NCBI GenBank assembly: GCA_047967505.1
Contig: CM106538.1
Source: Dipteris shenzhenensis
Taxonomy: Eukaryota
Direction: 5' to 3' (one strand)
DNA: 64,000 nt
The notes under the pieces: model-generated
What the model saw: the letters and a program-made list of their open reading frames with translations, nothing else
What the model was told of the DNA's origin: nothing
The model's database searches: none
Part shown: positions 24,890 through 37,749 of the stretch, in pieces
Layout of the letters: the number at the start of each line of letters is the position of its first letter
Numbering within the stretch: position 1 is the stretch's first letter
Position numbers and translations under genes: made by a program

Positions 24890-26170
24890 AGACAAGTTTT
24901 GAACTTTTCAAACTTCTCATGAGGCAAGACCATTGTGAACAAACCCACTACAGGTCCTTAATCAAAAATCCACTCCAAGTCCTTGAACAATTTGTGAATT
25001 GGTACTTCGTCCACCGGATGTCGTATGAAATGGTAGTGGATGTCAATATGGTTTGACCTATCATGATCTTTTAGATTTTTTGCCAAGCCAATCGCACATG
25101 GTAGCATCATCTTGGGCTACATCAAGATCTTCCAAGTGCCTTTCAAGCTTAATTGCTTCATATGCATACCATGCAAGAGAAGTGTACTCAACCTATACTA
25201 TAGATAATGACACAGTTGCTTGCTTCTTGCTGGACCAAGACAAAATTTGTACATTCAACATGAATGTCTATCTTGAAATAGACTTCATTTAAGGCCACCT
25301 CCCCAACCTACATCATAGAACCCCTCATGCTATGGTTCTCCGTATGGACTCTCTTTCAGATATGCTAGTCTTGGTTCTCCCACTAAGGTATCGATGAATT
25401 GGTCACAAGCCCTATTGCATAGTAAGTATCAATGCCATCAAATCCATGAGCTTACCAATTTCTTATCGGTATAATGTAGGAGTTGGAAAATGATGAATTT
25501 TCCAACCCTTGTATGTTGTGCTCAATCTCTTAGAGGTATAACATCCAACATTCCAAATTTCTCCAATATAGAGTCAATGTACCTTGTTTGGCTAAAAAAT
25601 ATGCCTTCTTCTATTTGTTCTATCTCAAACCCAAAATACAATGCGAGATTCCTGAATCATGCATTTCAAACTACTTGCAAAGATTGACCTTGACCTCCTA
25701 GATCAAGTTGTTCCTGCTATAAGCTATGATGAGGTCATCCACATGGGAGTGTAATGATTCTGCATTTTTCTTTACATATGCTCCGTGATCAAGTTCAATT
25801 CTCTTGAACCCTTATTGCCTAAAATGTGTGTCAATCTTGTTGTGCCAAGCCCGTTGGGCTTGCTTGAGATAATAAAACTCCTTTCTCAATTTGCACGCTA
25901 AGTGCATAGGTCCTTTTTTCACAAACTATTCTACCTATTGCATATACACCTCTTCTTATTGCAGATCTCAATTAAGGAATTCAGACTTGACATCAATTAA
26001 ATGCAAGTCATAACCCCATACTACAAACAACAGAAAAAATAAGGTGAATTGTCTTCATCCTTATGACTAGGGCAAAAGTCTCCAAGCAAACAAGCATATC
26101 TGTTTGCCACCAATCTTGCCTTACACTTGTTCACATTAGGGGATGTTTTTTGGTGAGTGTGCCCTAAAAT
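24890..26170 (-). mobile_element. Highly decayed copia RT/RNase H remnant
   Basis: Minus-strand remnants: CKARLVA, DVKSEFLN.DLQ*EEVY, LKQA..AW, HVDDL, SKKQATV.LS, HIDIHYHF. Confidence 0.8.
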
Positions 26171-26174
26171 GGTG

Positions 26175-26176
<2 letters not shown>

Positions 26177-26237
<61 letters not shown>

Positions 26238-26358
26238 TCTCTCTTCTCTCTTTGAATGTCGATTCCCCTCTTTCTAATCTTGCATGTACTCTCTGTTCTT
26301 CTCAACTCCCCTTGTCCCTCTCTCACCCCCTATCCCCTCGTCCCCCCCGCCCCCCTGC

Positions 26359-26409
<51 letters not shown>

Positions 26410-26422
26410 CCTCCCTCCCGCT

Positions 26423-26487
<65 letters not shown>

Positions 26488-27405
26488 ACATAATTGCAAG
26501 AGAAGGGTGCACGAAATCTCTTGAATATTTGTCTTTTGAAGAAGGTCAAGCTCTAACTATACAAATGATTAAAATAGGCATGTGGATAAACATAACCATT
26601 TTCTTAAGAGATTGGAGTGGTTTATAAGTATGATGTTGATCAATTATGGAAGTAGGCATTGTTGGAGGTGGTGGCCTTAACCCCTTGATTGAGCTAAGGG
26701 GAGCATGGTTTATTGGCGAGCGTCACGCTGCAGGGCATGTGGCATTGGTAGGATTTGACATGTGTGTGTCCCTCGTGGTCTTTGGTAAACGTGCTTCCCA
26801 AGTGGCATTTGGTGGCAGCTTGCGTTTGATTGGCCCATTGTGTTGACCAGTTGGTCATGTTTGTTTGCACCAGGGTTTGTCCACCACAAGGGAGTGTTGG
26901 ACATGGTGGCTTTCGACCCTCGATTGAACCTTGGATTGAGCCAAGGGGAGCACAGTTTATTGGCGAGCATTGTGTTATAGGACATGTGGCATTAGTGGGA
27001 TTTAAGCCAATAAGAAATAATGTGGCCCTAGTGGCCTTGAATATATTGTCTTGATTTTCCCCCTCTCTCTCATCCTTCCTGGGACCTTTTTGTGGGGAGA
27101 GAAAAGTATGTGTGGCTAGGAGGCAGTGGTTTGGGACACCCCACACTCGTTGGTGTCCTTGGGAGACACGTGGCAACAATGCAGACTGCAAATAGGCAAT
27201 GACTATACATTGCACCCTACCACTTGAAAGAAATCCAAGTAAGTTTTCTTTTTTGAAAATTTTACACATATACACAACCAAAAAAAAAACCCCTAAAAAA
27301 AGCTAACTTAAATTATACAAAAAGATTACCATGTGGCATTCAATCACCAAAATGCCATTAAGCAAGTTTTCTTCCAGGTGTCAAGTTTTTGCCAATCTTC
27401 GAAAT

Positions 27406-27469
<64 letters not shown>

Positions 27470-27516
27470 ATAACAATGACAAGAAAAACTCGTTTATTTC
27501 AAGGGGAATGTGACAA

Positions 27517-27561
<45 letters not shown>

Positions 27562-27670
27562 AATAACAATGATAAGAAAAATTAATCATGCAAACATACG
27601 TCATGTTTTTAAGACCAAACCCATCATGGGTACTTGCAATGTAAACTCTTTATTTCAATGGGAAAGTGAT

Positions 27671-27723
<53 letters not shown>

Positions 27724-27725
27724 AC

Positions 27726-27823
<98 letters not shown>

Positions 27824-27872
27824 ATAGTGCAATAACATGGACAAGAACAATTAATGGCTTATTTGATTGTGG

Positions 27873-27958
<86 letters not shown>

Positions 27959-28075
27959 CTAGTGCCATAACATTTGACAAGAAAGGCTATTAATTTATTT
28001 CAATAGGGGTGTGTGTAGTGCAATAATATGGACAAGAAAAATTAATGGTTTATTTGATAGTGCATACAAAAGGTT

Positions 28076-28107
<32 letters not shown>

Positions 28108-28223
28108 CTAGTGCCATAACATTGACAAGAAAGGCTATTAATTTATTTCAATAGGGGTGTGTGTAGTGCAATAATATGGACAAGAACAATTAATGGTTTA
28201 TTTGATAGTGCATACAAAAGGTT

Positions 28224-28266
<43 letters not shown>
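26177..28266. repeat. (CT)n/(GA)n microsatellite cluster with interspersed degenerate 50-120 bp units (composite satellite)
   Basis: Numerous dinucleotide tracts. The unit ctctagtgccataacat..gacaagaaaggctattaatttatttcaataggggtgtgtgtagtgcaataatatggacaag...aaaaggtttgga is repeated at ~27957 and ~28106; related caataaca..gacaagaa units occur from 27467 onward. Confidence 0.85.
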
Positions 28267-28268
<2 letters not shown>

Positions 28269-29620
28269 TATTAACGTCCACTGGAGACCAAAAGGTCTAT
28301 GGGACACCAAGAAACCCTCTAGTACATCTTCTTTAGGGAGGGCACATGGCAGCTCCCAAGGAGTGCAAACGCAACCCCTATTATTTTAGAGTACGTACAT
28401 AATAGTTTGAAAGAGTAAACATCCATAAATTAGTTTAAGACTGAGAGTCTTTTGGTTTTGATTTAAACTCTTTGATTAGGGCTACGCCTTCACGGTAAAC
28501 TGCCCATTTTCCATCCTTTCTGGCAGCCTTGACTTTAGCTAATTCAGTTGCCTTATTCTTGAGTTGAGCTTGTGTAAGCTCCTCTGCTATCCATACTTTG
28601 GTACCCTTCAACTTGTAAGATTGTCGAAGAAGCTTGATTCGCATATCTTTTGACTTCAGTGTAGCGATTGCATGACCTTTATAGTGCACAATAGAAGCTG
28701 GCCTAGAGTCGTCATCATCCTGCTCATCATCATCCACCCATTCAATGTTGGGCAATCTTGCTTTGATCTTTGTCAATATTTCACTATATGTGTCCTCCTC
28801 TTTGTACCAATCTTTTGGGAGTCCCCATATTCTAATCTTTAGTGCATTATCACATCTAGCTTCATGTTCTTTAATCTTTGCTTGAATATCAAACTTGCTT
28901 GCTTTGGTGTCCACTTCCACAGTCACTTCCTTCTTAGCAGTTTGGTGAACAAGATCTTTGACTGGAGGGACTGGTTGCAAAGTAGAGGGGGAATCCTTAC
29001 AAGATTTTATAGCCTCATCAATTACGGCCTACTTACCAGGCCCTTCCAAAATGTGAAGCTGAGCCTTTACTTCTACCAGTTTCAATCGTAGCTCTCTTAT
29101 TGCCTGGTGCAGATAAAAAATATGATCTTGTTGCCCAAGGATGGGTCATTTTGAACCTTTTTGTTGGTAATTCTGTGCATATGGAGACAGTGTCATAATT
29201 GGTTGTCTATTGAACCCCCTAGCTTAACCTAACCCTCGAGTTGGGTTGGGGTTGGGGTTAGGGTTAGTGTGTTTGCTGCTATAGCTGAAGTAACTGCTGG
29301 CTGAGGCAAAGGGCTAACAGGTGGAGGGTTGCTAATGGGTTGTACGAACATAGAGGTACAGGCTGCTAAAGGAGAGGTATAGACTGTTGACGGAGAGGTA
29401 CGGTACAGACTGCTGACGGGTTGTATGGAGAGGTACAATAGGCTACTGACGGGCTACTAACAAAGAGGTATGGGCTACTATACGGAGGTTTACGGATGGG
29501 TTGTACGTAGACCTACATACATCAGACATAGAGTTATGTACGGACGGGTTGTATGGAGATTTACGGATGGGTTGCATAGAGAGTTATGTATGGAGAGAGA
29601 GCTACATACGTACAGATGGG
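28227..29620 (-). mobile_element. ORF1-only (HAL1-like) non-autonomous retroelement, copy B; ORF 29196-28435 (253 codons, two premature stops), 3' UTR and (TC)n tail
   Basis: One frame from ATG 29196 (MTLSPYAQNYQQ) to TAA 28435, interrupted only by TGA and TAG (plausibly from CGA/CAG); 3' end catagaccttttggtctccagtggacgttaatagac(TC)n. Confidence 0.82.
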
Positions 29621-32600
29621 GAGAGAGAGAGAGAGAGAGAGAGAAATAAAGTTTATTAAAGTCTTCAGAAGACCAAGGGGGGGTCTATGAGACTGTGAAA
29701 ATCCTAGTACAAATGAGTTGTTGTGGTGGAGCTACTAAACGAGCATCCACAACAATGCAAAATGCAAAAAATGCAGAATGGTAATACTAAGTACAACATA
29801 GTCATGTCGGTGGTCGACTATATATCAATCTCATCATCATTGGGACATTAGGGTGGAGGAGGCAATGGAGGCATGAAATTGGTTATAGAGTGCTGTCGGC
29901 CACTTACGGGGGTGCGGCCCTAGCACGTCCTCCCTCCTAGTCATAGCTCTGCACCTAACAAGGGCTACAGTAACCCTTGTCGGTCGGGCTCCAACTCTAA
30001 ATAGGGAGGGGATATCCCCAAGTGTAATCTACATGTCAACCCTCTGTCTAAGTTGTCGGGTCACTGGCTCTGGGTCACGGTCATGTCGAGGCCTCATCTC
30101 GTGGGGGTCCATGTGATCTGGCTGAAAAAACTCCATGAGAGAGCTCTGATAGGGATCAGCCAAGGAAGAAGTCTGCTTCTATCTCTGTGCTCAAAGTATC
30201 CTTGCATGGTGTCTGAGTACCTCATGAACGAAGCCTACCAAACACCTCTGGTTTGGGTAGGAGAGGAATCGGGCCAAAGCCCCATCACTATCTCTAAAGA
30301 GGCAGTAGAAATGCCCTCGGATCTCATAGTAATTAGGACACCTAAAGATGAAGTACTCCTCGGTCTCAAACTCCTGCATGTCACATATGAGAAAATATGA
30401 AGAGGGGAGAGGAGAAGAGTGGAGATGAGGAGAGAGGGCACAACTAGAGAGCACACCACAAATGACTAACTGTACACTAGCTTTAGTTGAAAAAATAGAA
30501 TATATACAAACCCATTTAGGGTTAGGGTTAGGGGATCTAACCCTTTCCTTTATAGCACTCTATAAGGTTAGTGCTATGCACATATGATCACATGATGGTG
30601 CTATGCACACGTTATCACATGATGTTGAGCATGAACTCTCAACAATATAATGTGCATATGCTCCTCTCCCTGGGTAGGTGCTCTGCTCTACTGCTCTCGA
30701 TACAAAGTCTATGTGAAGAGACCTGAAACTGCCCATTAGAGATCCTTAGTGAGTGGGTAAGTAGATGAGTGTGTATCCTGGCGGGTCAATGAAACCCTCC
30801 TCTGTGATATGTGAGTAGTGATCTCTATAGAAGCTAAGCTTCACTAGGATTTCACTAGGTCCTAACTAGGTCAGTAATGTGTGTAGCTGTAAGAGATCCC
30901 CTCACAGATAACCTGGTTGACCTCGTGTGATAGGAGGGGAGAAAATGGAGCATCCATGTTACACTAGAAGGGAAGGAGTCTATCCATGTGGAGCCCTAGT
31001 TGCTCAAACCATCTCTCTATGCATGCATACCAACATCTATGGTCCCCTCCTACTAAAAGTGCCATAGAAGAGGACAGTGCTAGCAATGGTAGCCTGTTGC
31101 ACCCAGAAGTGTAATCCCCATACTCCCTGACTTGGTACAAATACATGGTGACCTAAAATGCAGCATGTAGCTGTAATGGGGGTAACCCAAACTTAGCGTG
31201 AATGATTTTGTGAGGAATGGATGGCTTACCGTGAATCATTCATGATAACATGAGAACTTGTCGCTGCTCCACATGAGCCCATATTGTATCCGACAAGTTT
31301 GGCCCCTAACAGCAGTTGCCATACATCCCCGCTGGATGGACCAACAAGCCGAAAGCAGCCTCTTGGTCCGTGGATCCTGAAAGTGCGAGTAAAAGCACTG
31401 CCTCTCTAGTCTGGCCAATGAAGCATATCCTCTGCCATGCATGCCTACATTGTGGGTCTCATAGTGAAGATGGGTTCGGAGAAGACAACCCCAAGATACA
31501 TGTATGATGAAACTATCTCAATAGGTGACCCATCAAATGTGAACTAGTCATGGCTCATTGAGGGCTAGAGATGTATTGAGATCATAACCTTGGTTTTACC
31601 CAGGTTGACCTTCAAATCATTAGACTCACAAAAGGATTGTAGTGTGTTGAGGTTTCTCTAGAGCCCCTCTATTGAGGAAGACAAAAGAGCCACATCATTT
31701 GCATAAAGCAATATTCGGATCAGTGTGCCTGCAAGAGTGCAACCAACCCCCCTTGTATCTACATCATTGTCTCAAGCTCGTCAATGTAGAGGCCAAATAG
31801 GGTAGGTGATAATGGACACCCTTGTTTGACCCCAATAGTGCTCATGATCTCATCTGTCTACCCAGATCCCACCCAGACTCTGCCTGAAACTCTCTCATAA
31901 AGTGCCATGACAGCCTAGATGATCTCTTGATCATAACCCAAATCCTATAGGTGCCGTATGAGGTGGGCTCTCGGAACCGTGTCAAATGCCTTGCAGAAAT
32001 CCACAAAGCAACAGTAAACCCTCTGCTTTTGTGCCCTCACCTCCTTGATGATGCACCTGAGCGTGAGAATGTGGTCCATGGCGCCAGAATCTAGCGTGTC
32101 TTGCTGCTCTAAGTCCTCGACACTCCACAACTCTGCTGACCTCAGAATCAAGCACCGATGCATAAATCTTGACATGACATGTCCAATCATAATGGTCCTA
32201 TGATTCTCCAGGCTCATGGGATCCCCTGCCTTGTGGATGGGTGAAATAGTGTTAATGGTCTAGGTGCATGGAAACCCCAAACAAACAACTTCATGAAAGA
32301 GCTTTACTAAGATCAGGGCTAGGAGGTTAATCCCATATGCAATGAACTCAGTAAATAGTCCCTCATGATCCTTCGCTCAGCCATTATGAAGTTTCATTGC
32401 GGCATCCTTTGCCCCCACCTTAGTGAAGAGGGTGTAGGATGTGGGGCATGGCATATGTGAGAGGTTAGGGACTCTGGCTAATTTGGGATGTCATAAAGTG
32501 TGCGTGCATAATTATACCATACCTGATTGTTGGTGAGTGGTGAGGGGGCTCGTCTCTCTAGAAATCAGTGCCAAAAGTCCTTAGAGTTGTTACTAAACAA

Positions 32601-32640
32601 AATATTTAGTAGTTCCTCCTCATTTTGGCGAACTCCATCA
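29621..32640 (-). mobile_element. 5'-truncated LINE of the (TC)n-tailed family, interrupted by a solo LTR
   Basis: PIHKAGDP, DHILTLRCII, FVDFCKAFDTV, GVKQGCPLSPTLFGLYID, LYANDV, RVSSHRLCIE, ETEEYFIFRCP; 3' end catagacccccccttggtcttctgaagactttaataaac...(TC)n. Confidence 0.9.
30388..30644 (-). mobile_element. Solo LTR, family C (257 bp)
   Basis: TG..CA ends; reverse complement matches the LTRs at 8712 and 43726; TSD ACATA/ATATA; the LINE sequence is contiguous across it (cf. tcacataatgtgcatatg at 33-50). Confidence 0.9.
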
Positions 32641-32649
32641 TGGCCATGA

Positions 32650-35500
32650 GTAGGCCTTCTCATTTGATCAAAAAGGCCATGAGTAGGACTTCTCAACAAG
32701 AGAACATGATTCCCATAGAGGAAGACATTAGTCCCATGAACATGGTTTTAGGAGGCTACAGTCTATATAATAGTGGCTGATCCTCTTCATACAATAGAAA
32801 ATGATTTGGGTAGAGGAATGTTAGCCAACCAAATAGAGGCAATGTCAATGGAGGTTACAAACTTCTTTGAAATCTAGCAACATGAATATCAACAAAAAGG
32901 CAAACAAAAGAGCTAGAAATCGCAATTACTAAGGAGTTATCAAAAGTTAGGATCAAAATTATTCAAGAAGCAAAGAGACTAATCTCAACAGAGAGGGTCA
33001 ATCCCAAAATGGTTGTTCTAAACAAGCTAGGCATTATGCATTACATGAGGGTTATAACATCTCAAATCCCCATGGGATTTTTCTCTTCAACTAAAGAGAT
33101 TTTGGAGGAGATGGGATTGACTAGTCTAAGTGGTTAGCTGACTCTAGAGCTACAGCTCATATGACATCTATTAGGAAGAGTGGTTTTCATATATACAACC
33201 ACATAAGAACATATTTTTATAGTAAATTAGCATCTTTGCAAGTTTCAAGCTATAGGTTTGATTCCCATCTGGGATAGACAAGGCCATCAAAAATTCATTC
33301 ATATGTTTTACATGTTTTGGACCTTACCAAAATTTGATGTCAGCTAGAAAGATGCTAGATAATGACTAAATGTCTTGCTCAATAAAAGGGAATATATTAG
33401 TTAAGTTATAAGCTTCTTGCTACATCCTTAAATGGGATAGTTATTCACAATTCCTACAAATTTACTTGCTCATTGGGAAAATCATGCAACTAAGGACAAC
33501 ATTCACACAATCAGCATCTTATGGCACAAGACATTTGGGCATTTACATTATAACAGTCTTGCTTCCATGAAATGAAACAATGTAGTCACTTGACAACCTC
33601 CTTTCTAGTATCCGTGGCAAATTTGTGAGTCATGTTGTCAAGCCAGATAGCATCAACTCCTTTTCTAGCTTTGAAGCCTAGAATATAGATGTCCTTGAAC
33701 TAGTGCATACAATATTTGGGTAAAGCCTCACATCAGTCTCATTGGTAGGAAATGGTACTATCTCACATTTAAAGATGATATCTCTAGAAAGACATGGATT
33801 TATTTCCTATAAGAAAATTTTCAAACCTTTGAATATTTCAAGAAGTTTAAGGCTCTTGTGGAGAAATAGACAAGCAAGCATATCAAAACATTGAGATGTG
33901 TCAATTTTGGTGAAAACCAGTCTTGTATGTTCAATAATTTTTGCAATCACTATGGGAATAGAAAAGAATTTACTTGCACATATTCCAGTGAGTAGAATGG
34001 TATGGCTAAGAGAAAAAAATAGTAATTTCTCAAACAGCTTAGTCTATGATGTGTTTACAAGTAAGCCATGAATTTCTCATCTTATGATATTTTGTTCTAT
34101 TGATTATGCTCATTATATATCGATTGAGACAAAAGCTAGATACCAACTCTCAAAAGTGTTCTCATGTGTTGCAACATATGAGAGCAAATCATATAGGGTA
34201 TGGGATCCTACTGCAAGCTAGTTTATACTTGCCAAAGATGTAATTGTTGATGAGAACAATAGCTCTTATGATCAACCTATTGTTATAGCTATGCCGACTC
34301 CAAACCCTAGAGAGTCTTTCAGAATTTTGTCTTATAATGCTTTAGTAGCAGTGAATAGTCCATGGTTACACAACAAAATGTTCCTACAGATCCCATGATT
34401 GCATCATCCCCTAGAAAAGGGAAGCCTATTATGTAGAGAGGTGTTATTGCAAAGATTTCTTTTGCATAGCTCATAAGATTAGCTTATGTGATAAGAATAT
34501 TCCTAACAAGGGACTTATACCACCCATTATGCTTATATGGAAACGGTTATAGAGATCCACGAGCCTTCATATTTATAGAAGATGTAAAATAATCCAAATG
34601 GTAGGGAACCAAGGATATGAGGAATCCAAATGGTAGGGAACCGGGGATATGAGGAATACCATACAATCTGGACAACCACACTTGAGGTGTTTCCTCCAAG
34701 GAAACACAACAGAGGATATAAATGGGTTTAGAAGGTTAGGCCTTCTACAAAAGGTTTACCAATGGCTTTATGTTTTTTCTAGTTCTATTATGACTTCTTG
34801 AGAAAGCAAGAAGTAGCCCATAGTGGCTTTGCCTTCTATAAAGGCTAAATATTGAGGCATCATAAATATAGTTTTTAAGGCTTATAAGAGTTTGATTTGT
34901 CTAATTGGCTTTCCACTCCCATATAATCTGACAACATGACCAACCTACATTTAGAGAGAAATCCTATATTTCATGCCCATAGCAACTCTATTGAGGTACA
35001 TCATCACTTTATTCAAGAAAATTTACTTTCTAGTGAAGTTGATTCACTTTATTGTCATACAATTGAGTAGGTGGTACATATATTCACAAACCGATTGAGC
35101 TTTGAAATGTTTTCTTACTTTTGATATAGCTTGGAATGTACTAGAACTTCTTGTAACCTCTCCTATGTGTTAATTAGTTAGTTACAACTTAATTTCTAGC
35201 CCATAGTCAAAGGAGTATGGTGACTTTTCTAGGATGATAAATTTCAAATTTTTAGCCTTATTCTAGATTTTATATTTTGCTCTCCACACTCATTTGTAAT
35301 TGCAATTTAAGAGGGTATTTTGAGATTATAAATAATAAGATTCATCATACCTTGTCCAATACTTTGTTTATATAATCCATTTGTGGGCTCGTTCAACTTT
35401 AGTGAAGCATAGTGTGTATTCTTGTATAATATCCTTGTGTCACCTCTCTCTCTCTCTCTCTCAATAAATTTAATAGGAGGAATCTATAGGAAGTTAGCAC
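32650..35500 (+). mobile_element. Heavily decayed copia element (INT, partial RT, RNase H remnants)
   Basis: Remnants LWHKTFGH, LELVH, YLTFKDDISRKTWIYF, FKKFKALVEK, YRVWDP, NPIFHAHSNSIEVHHHFI, IFTN; boundaries approximate. Confidence 0.8.
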
Positions 35501-37749
35501 TTGATTTACTTGATGTCGTAACAATAATACCAAAACATCTTTAGCTCTTTCATTCCATTCTTCAAGTTGTTTGAAAAAATTATAGCTCTTGGCTCTCATC
35601 TTCATCAAGATGGTAAGATCCTCTTTGGGCTTTGCTTTCAAGAACCTCTCTTTCAAGGTGTCTCCTCATCTCATTGAGGAACTAGAAGGATGACTCAAGT
35701 GGTTGAACCTTGAGCACATCCTCATGTTCAACTACACCTAGTATGGTGCCACATAGATTGCATAGCTTGCTAAGTTATATCTATTGCAAAAGATGGTGAT
35801 AAAGTGGAGAGGGTGATAGAATGGAGAGGATTCCAATACCCACCAGTCTCAAGAATTTTCATAGCATGCATGTTTGGAATAGATAAACAAAGCATAAGAA
35901 TGTCCTTTTAGCAAGAAATGATCCATCAGAATATTAAATATTTGGAGCTCATGGTAGCATTGAGTGTTGAGGAAGAATGATGCAATGAACAAAAGGTGGA
36001 AGTTAAAAGAGTGTATCTCAAATGGATTCTTTCAAGAACCCACCAGTTTCCTTAGCCATAAGGTGTTCAGCTAGCAAATCTCAAGTGGCTTGAGTTTGTT
36101 TCATACCCTATCAGTTTCATTAGCTATAAGGTGTTCGGTCAACAAATCTTGGCTTTTATTAGCATTAAGATGATACAACTGGCCTTCTTGGTCAAGGTGC
36201 AACAAGTTGTTTAGGTCAACGTGCACAGTGTCATAGCAAAAACTATAGTGTGGAGTTGTATTAGACCAAAATGAAACTACATGATTTGGCCTATGGTCTC
36301 CATTTAGTGGGTCAAATGATAGATGGCATAAAATGTTTTGCTACCTCGTGGCCAACCATCATCAAAGACAATCATGACCACATAAAGACTTTGCCATGCT
36401 AGATGGTTGGTATTGTGGGTGATTTAATTTAAATACTGATGTCACTAGTGTTATTGGTATTATGTTTGATTATTGTACTTTGAGTGTAATTATATTGGGA
36501 CATTCATTTGGTGATTCGTTCAATTGATTGTGAACAACTAATATAATTGTTGTCTTGAGTATAGGTGGTGGAACTAATGATGAGGATCGGAATTAGTGCA
36601 AGGTGTTGCACGGTGCATAGTAGATGGTCATGGGACAATTTTTAATTTCATTGATATTGTAAACCTTGGGCAATATTTGTTATAAAAGGCATAAAACATT
36701 TTTGGATAAAGTAAGCCTAAAGTGGCTTTATTAAAAGTATGGGACGTGACTCATTATAGATAAATTGAGCCCAAAGTGGCTTTGTAAAAGAAATCCCCTA
36801 ATTTGGTAAAAAGGATGCTTTTGGATGTACAATTATTTGCTCTTTGCCTTTGGATATTCAATTATAAATGCTTTAGATGGGAAGCAATAGTCACCATCTA
36901 GAGGGGGTAGATTGTTCCTGATGCTGCATTACTCTCTCTTTCTTCTCTTTCTCTCTTTCCCTTTTTGTTTGTTCATGGTATTCTTTGTTCTTTTGATCAT
37001 GATTTTAGTGACTCATAAATTTGTGGACGTGGTTAATCTTAGTTTTCATTACATGTATTTTGGTTGGCCCCTCATAAACTGGGGTTTTCCCTAGGCTATT
37101 TATTTCCTTGTTTTTTTGACTTTGTTATTGGTATGGGAATTGGTATTGTTGTGTCCCCCTTGTATATTTTTTGAAGTAGCCAGGTACTTCTTTTAGGACC
37201 TCATAGGACTATGAGATACTTGCCTAATTATTGCTACTTTTAGCTTTTGATGAGGCTTGGCCTATTTCTTTGGTGTTCTCTATATTTTATTTTTGTTTTA
37301 GATGGGGTCCAATCTACCCCTTCTACATGGTGGCTCTTGCTTCCCATCTAGAGTATTTATAATCGCATATCCAAAGGCAAAGAGCCAATAATAGTACATC
37401 CAAAAGCATCCTTTTCCCCAAAGTAGAGGATTACTTTTACAAAGTCACTTTGGGCTCACTTTATCCACAATGAGTCACATCCCATACTTTTTATAAAGCC
37501 ATTTTGCGCTTTGCTTTATCCAAAAATGGTTTACTCATTTTATCTCAAATATTGCCCAAGGTTTACAATATCAATGAAATATAAAATTGGCCCATGGCCA
37601 TTTGCTATGCACCATATGACACCTCAATATGTACCCTCACACTAATTCCAATCCTCATCATTAGCTCCGCCACTTGTACTCAAGCCGCCAATTGTATTAG
37701 TTGTTAACAAACAATGAATGAACCACTAAATCAATCAATCCCAATATAA

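Noticed and set aside
26021-27980. ORFs rich in ER/SL repeats (also 15612-16037)
   Set aside because: Translations of (GA)n/(CT)n microsatellites, not proteins.
27410-28266. CRISPR-like repeat/spacer appearance
   Set aside because: Eukaryotic context; the 'spacers' are GA microsatellites, the units are degenerate and there are no cas genes.
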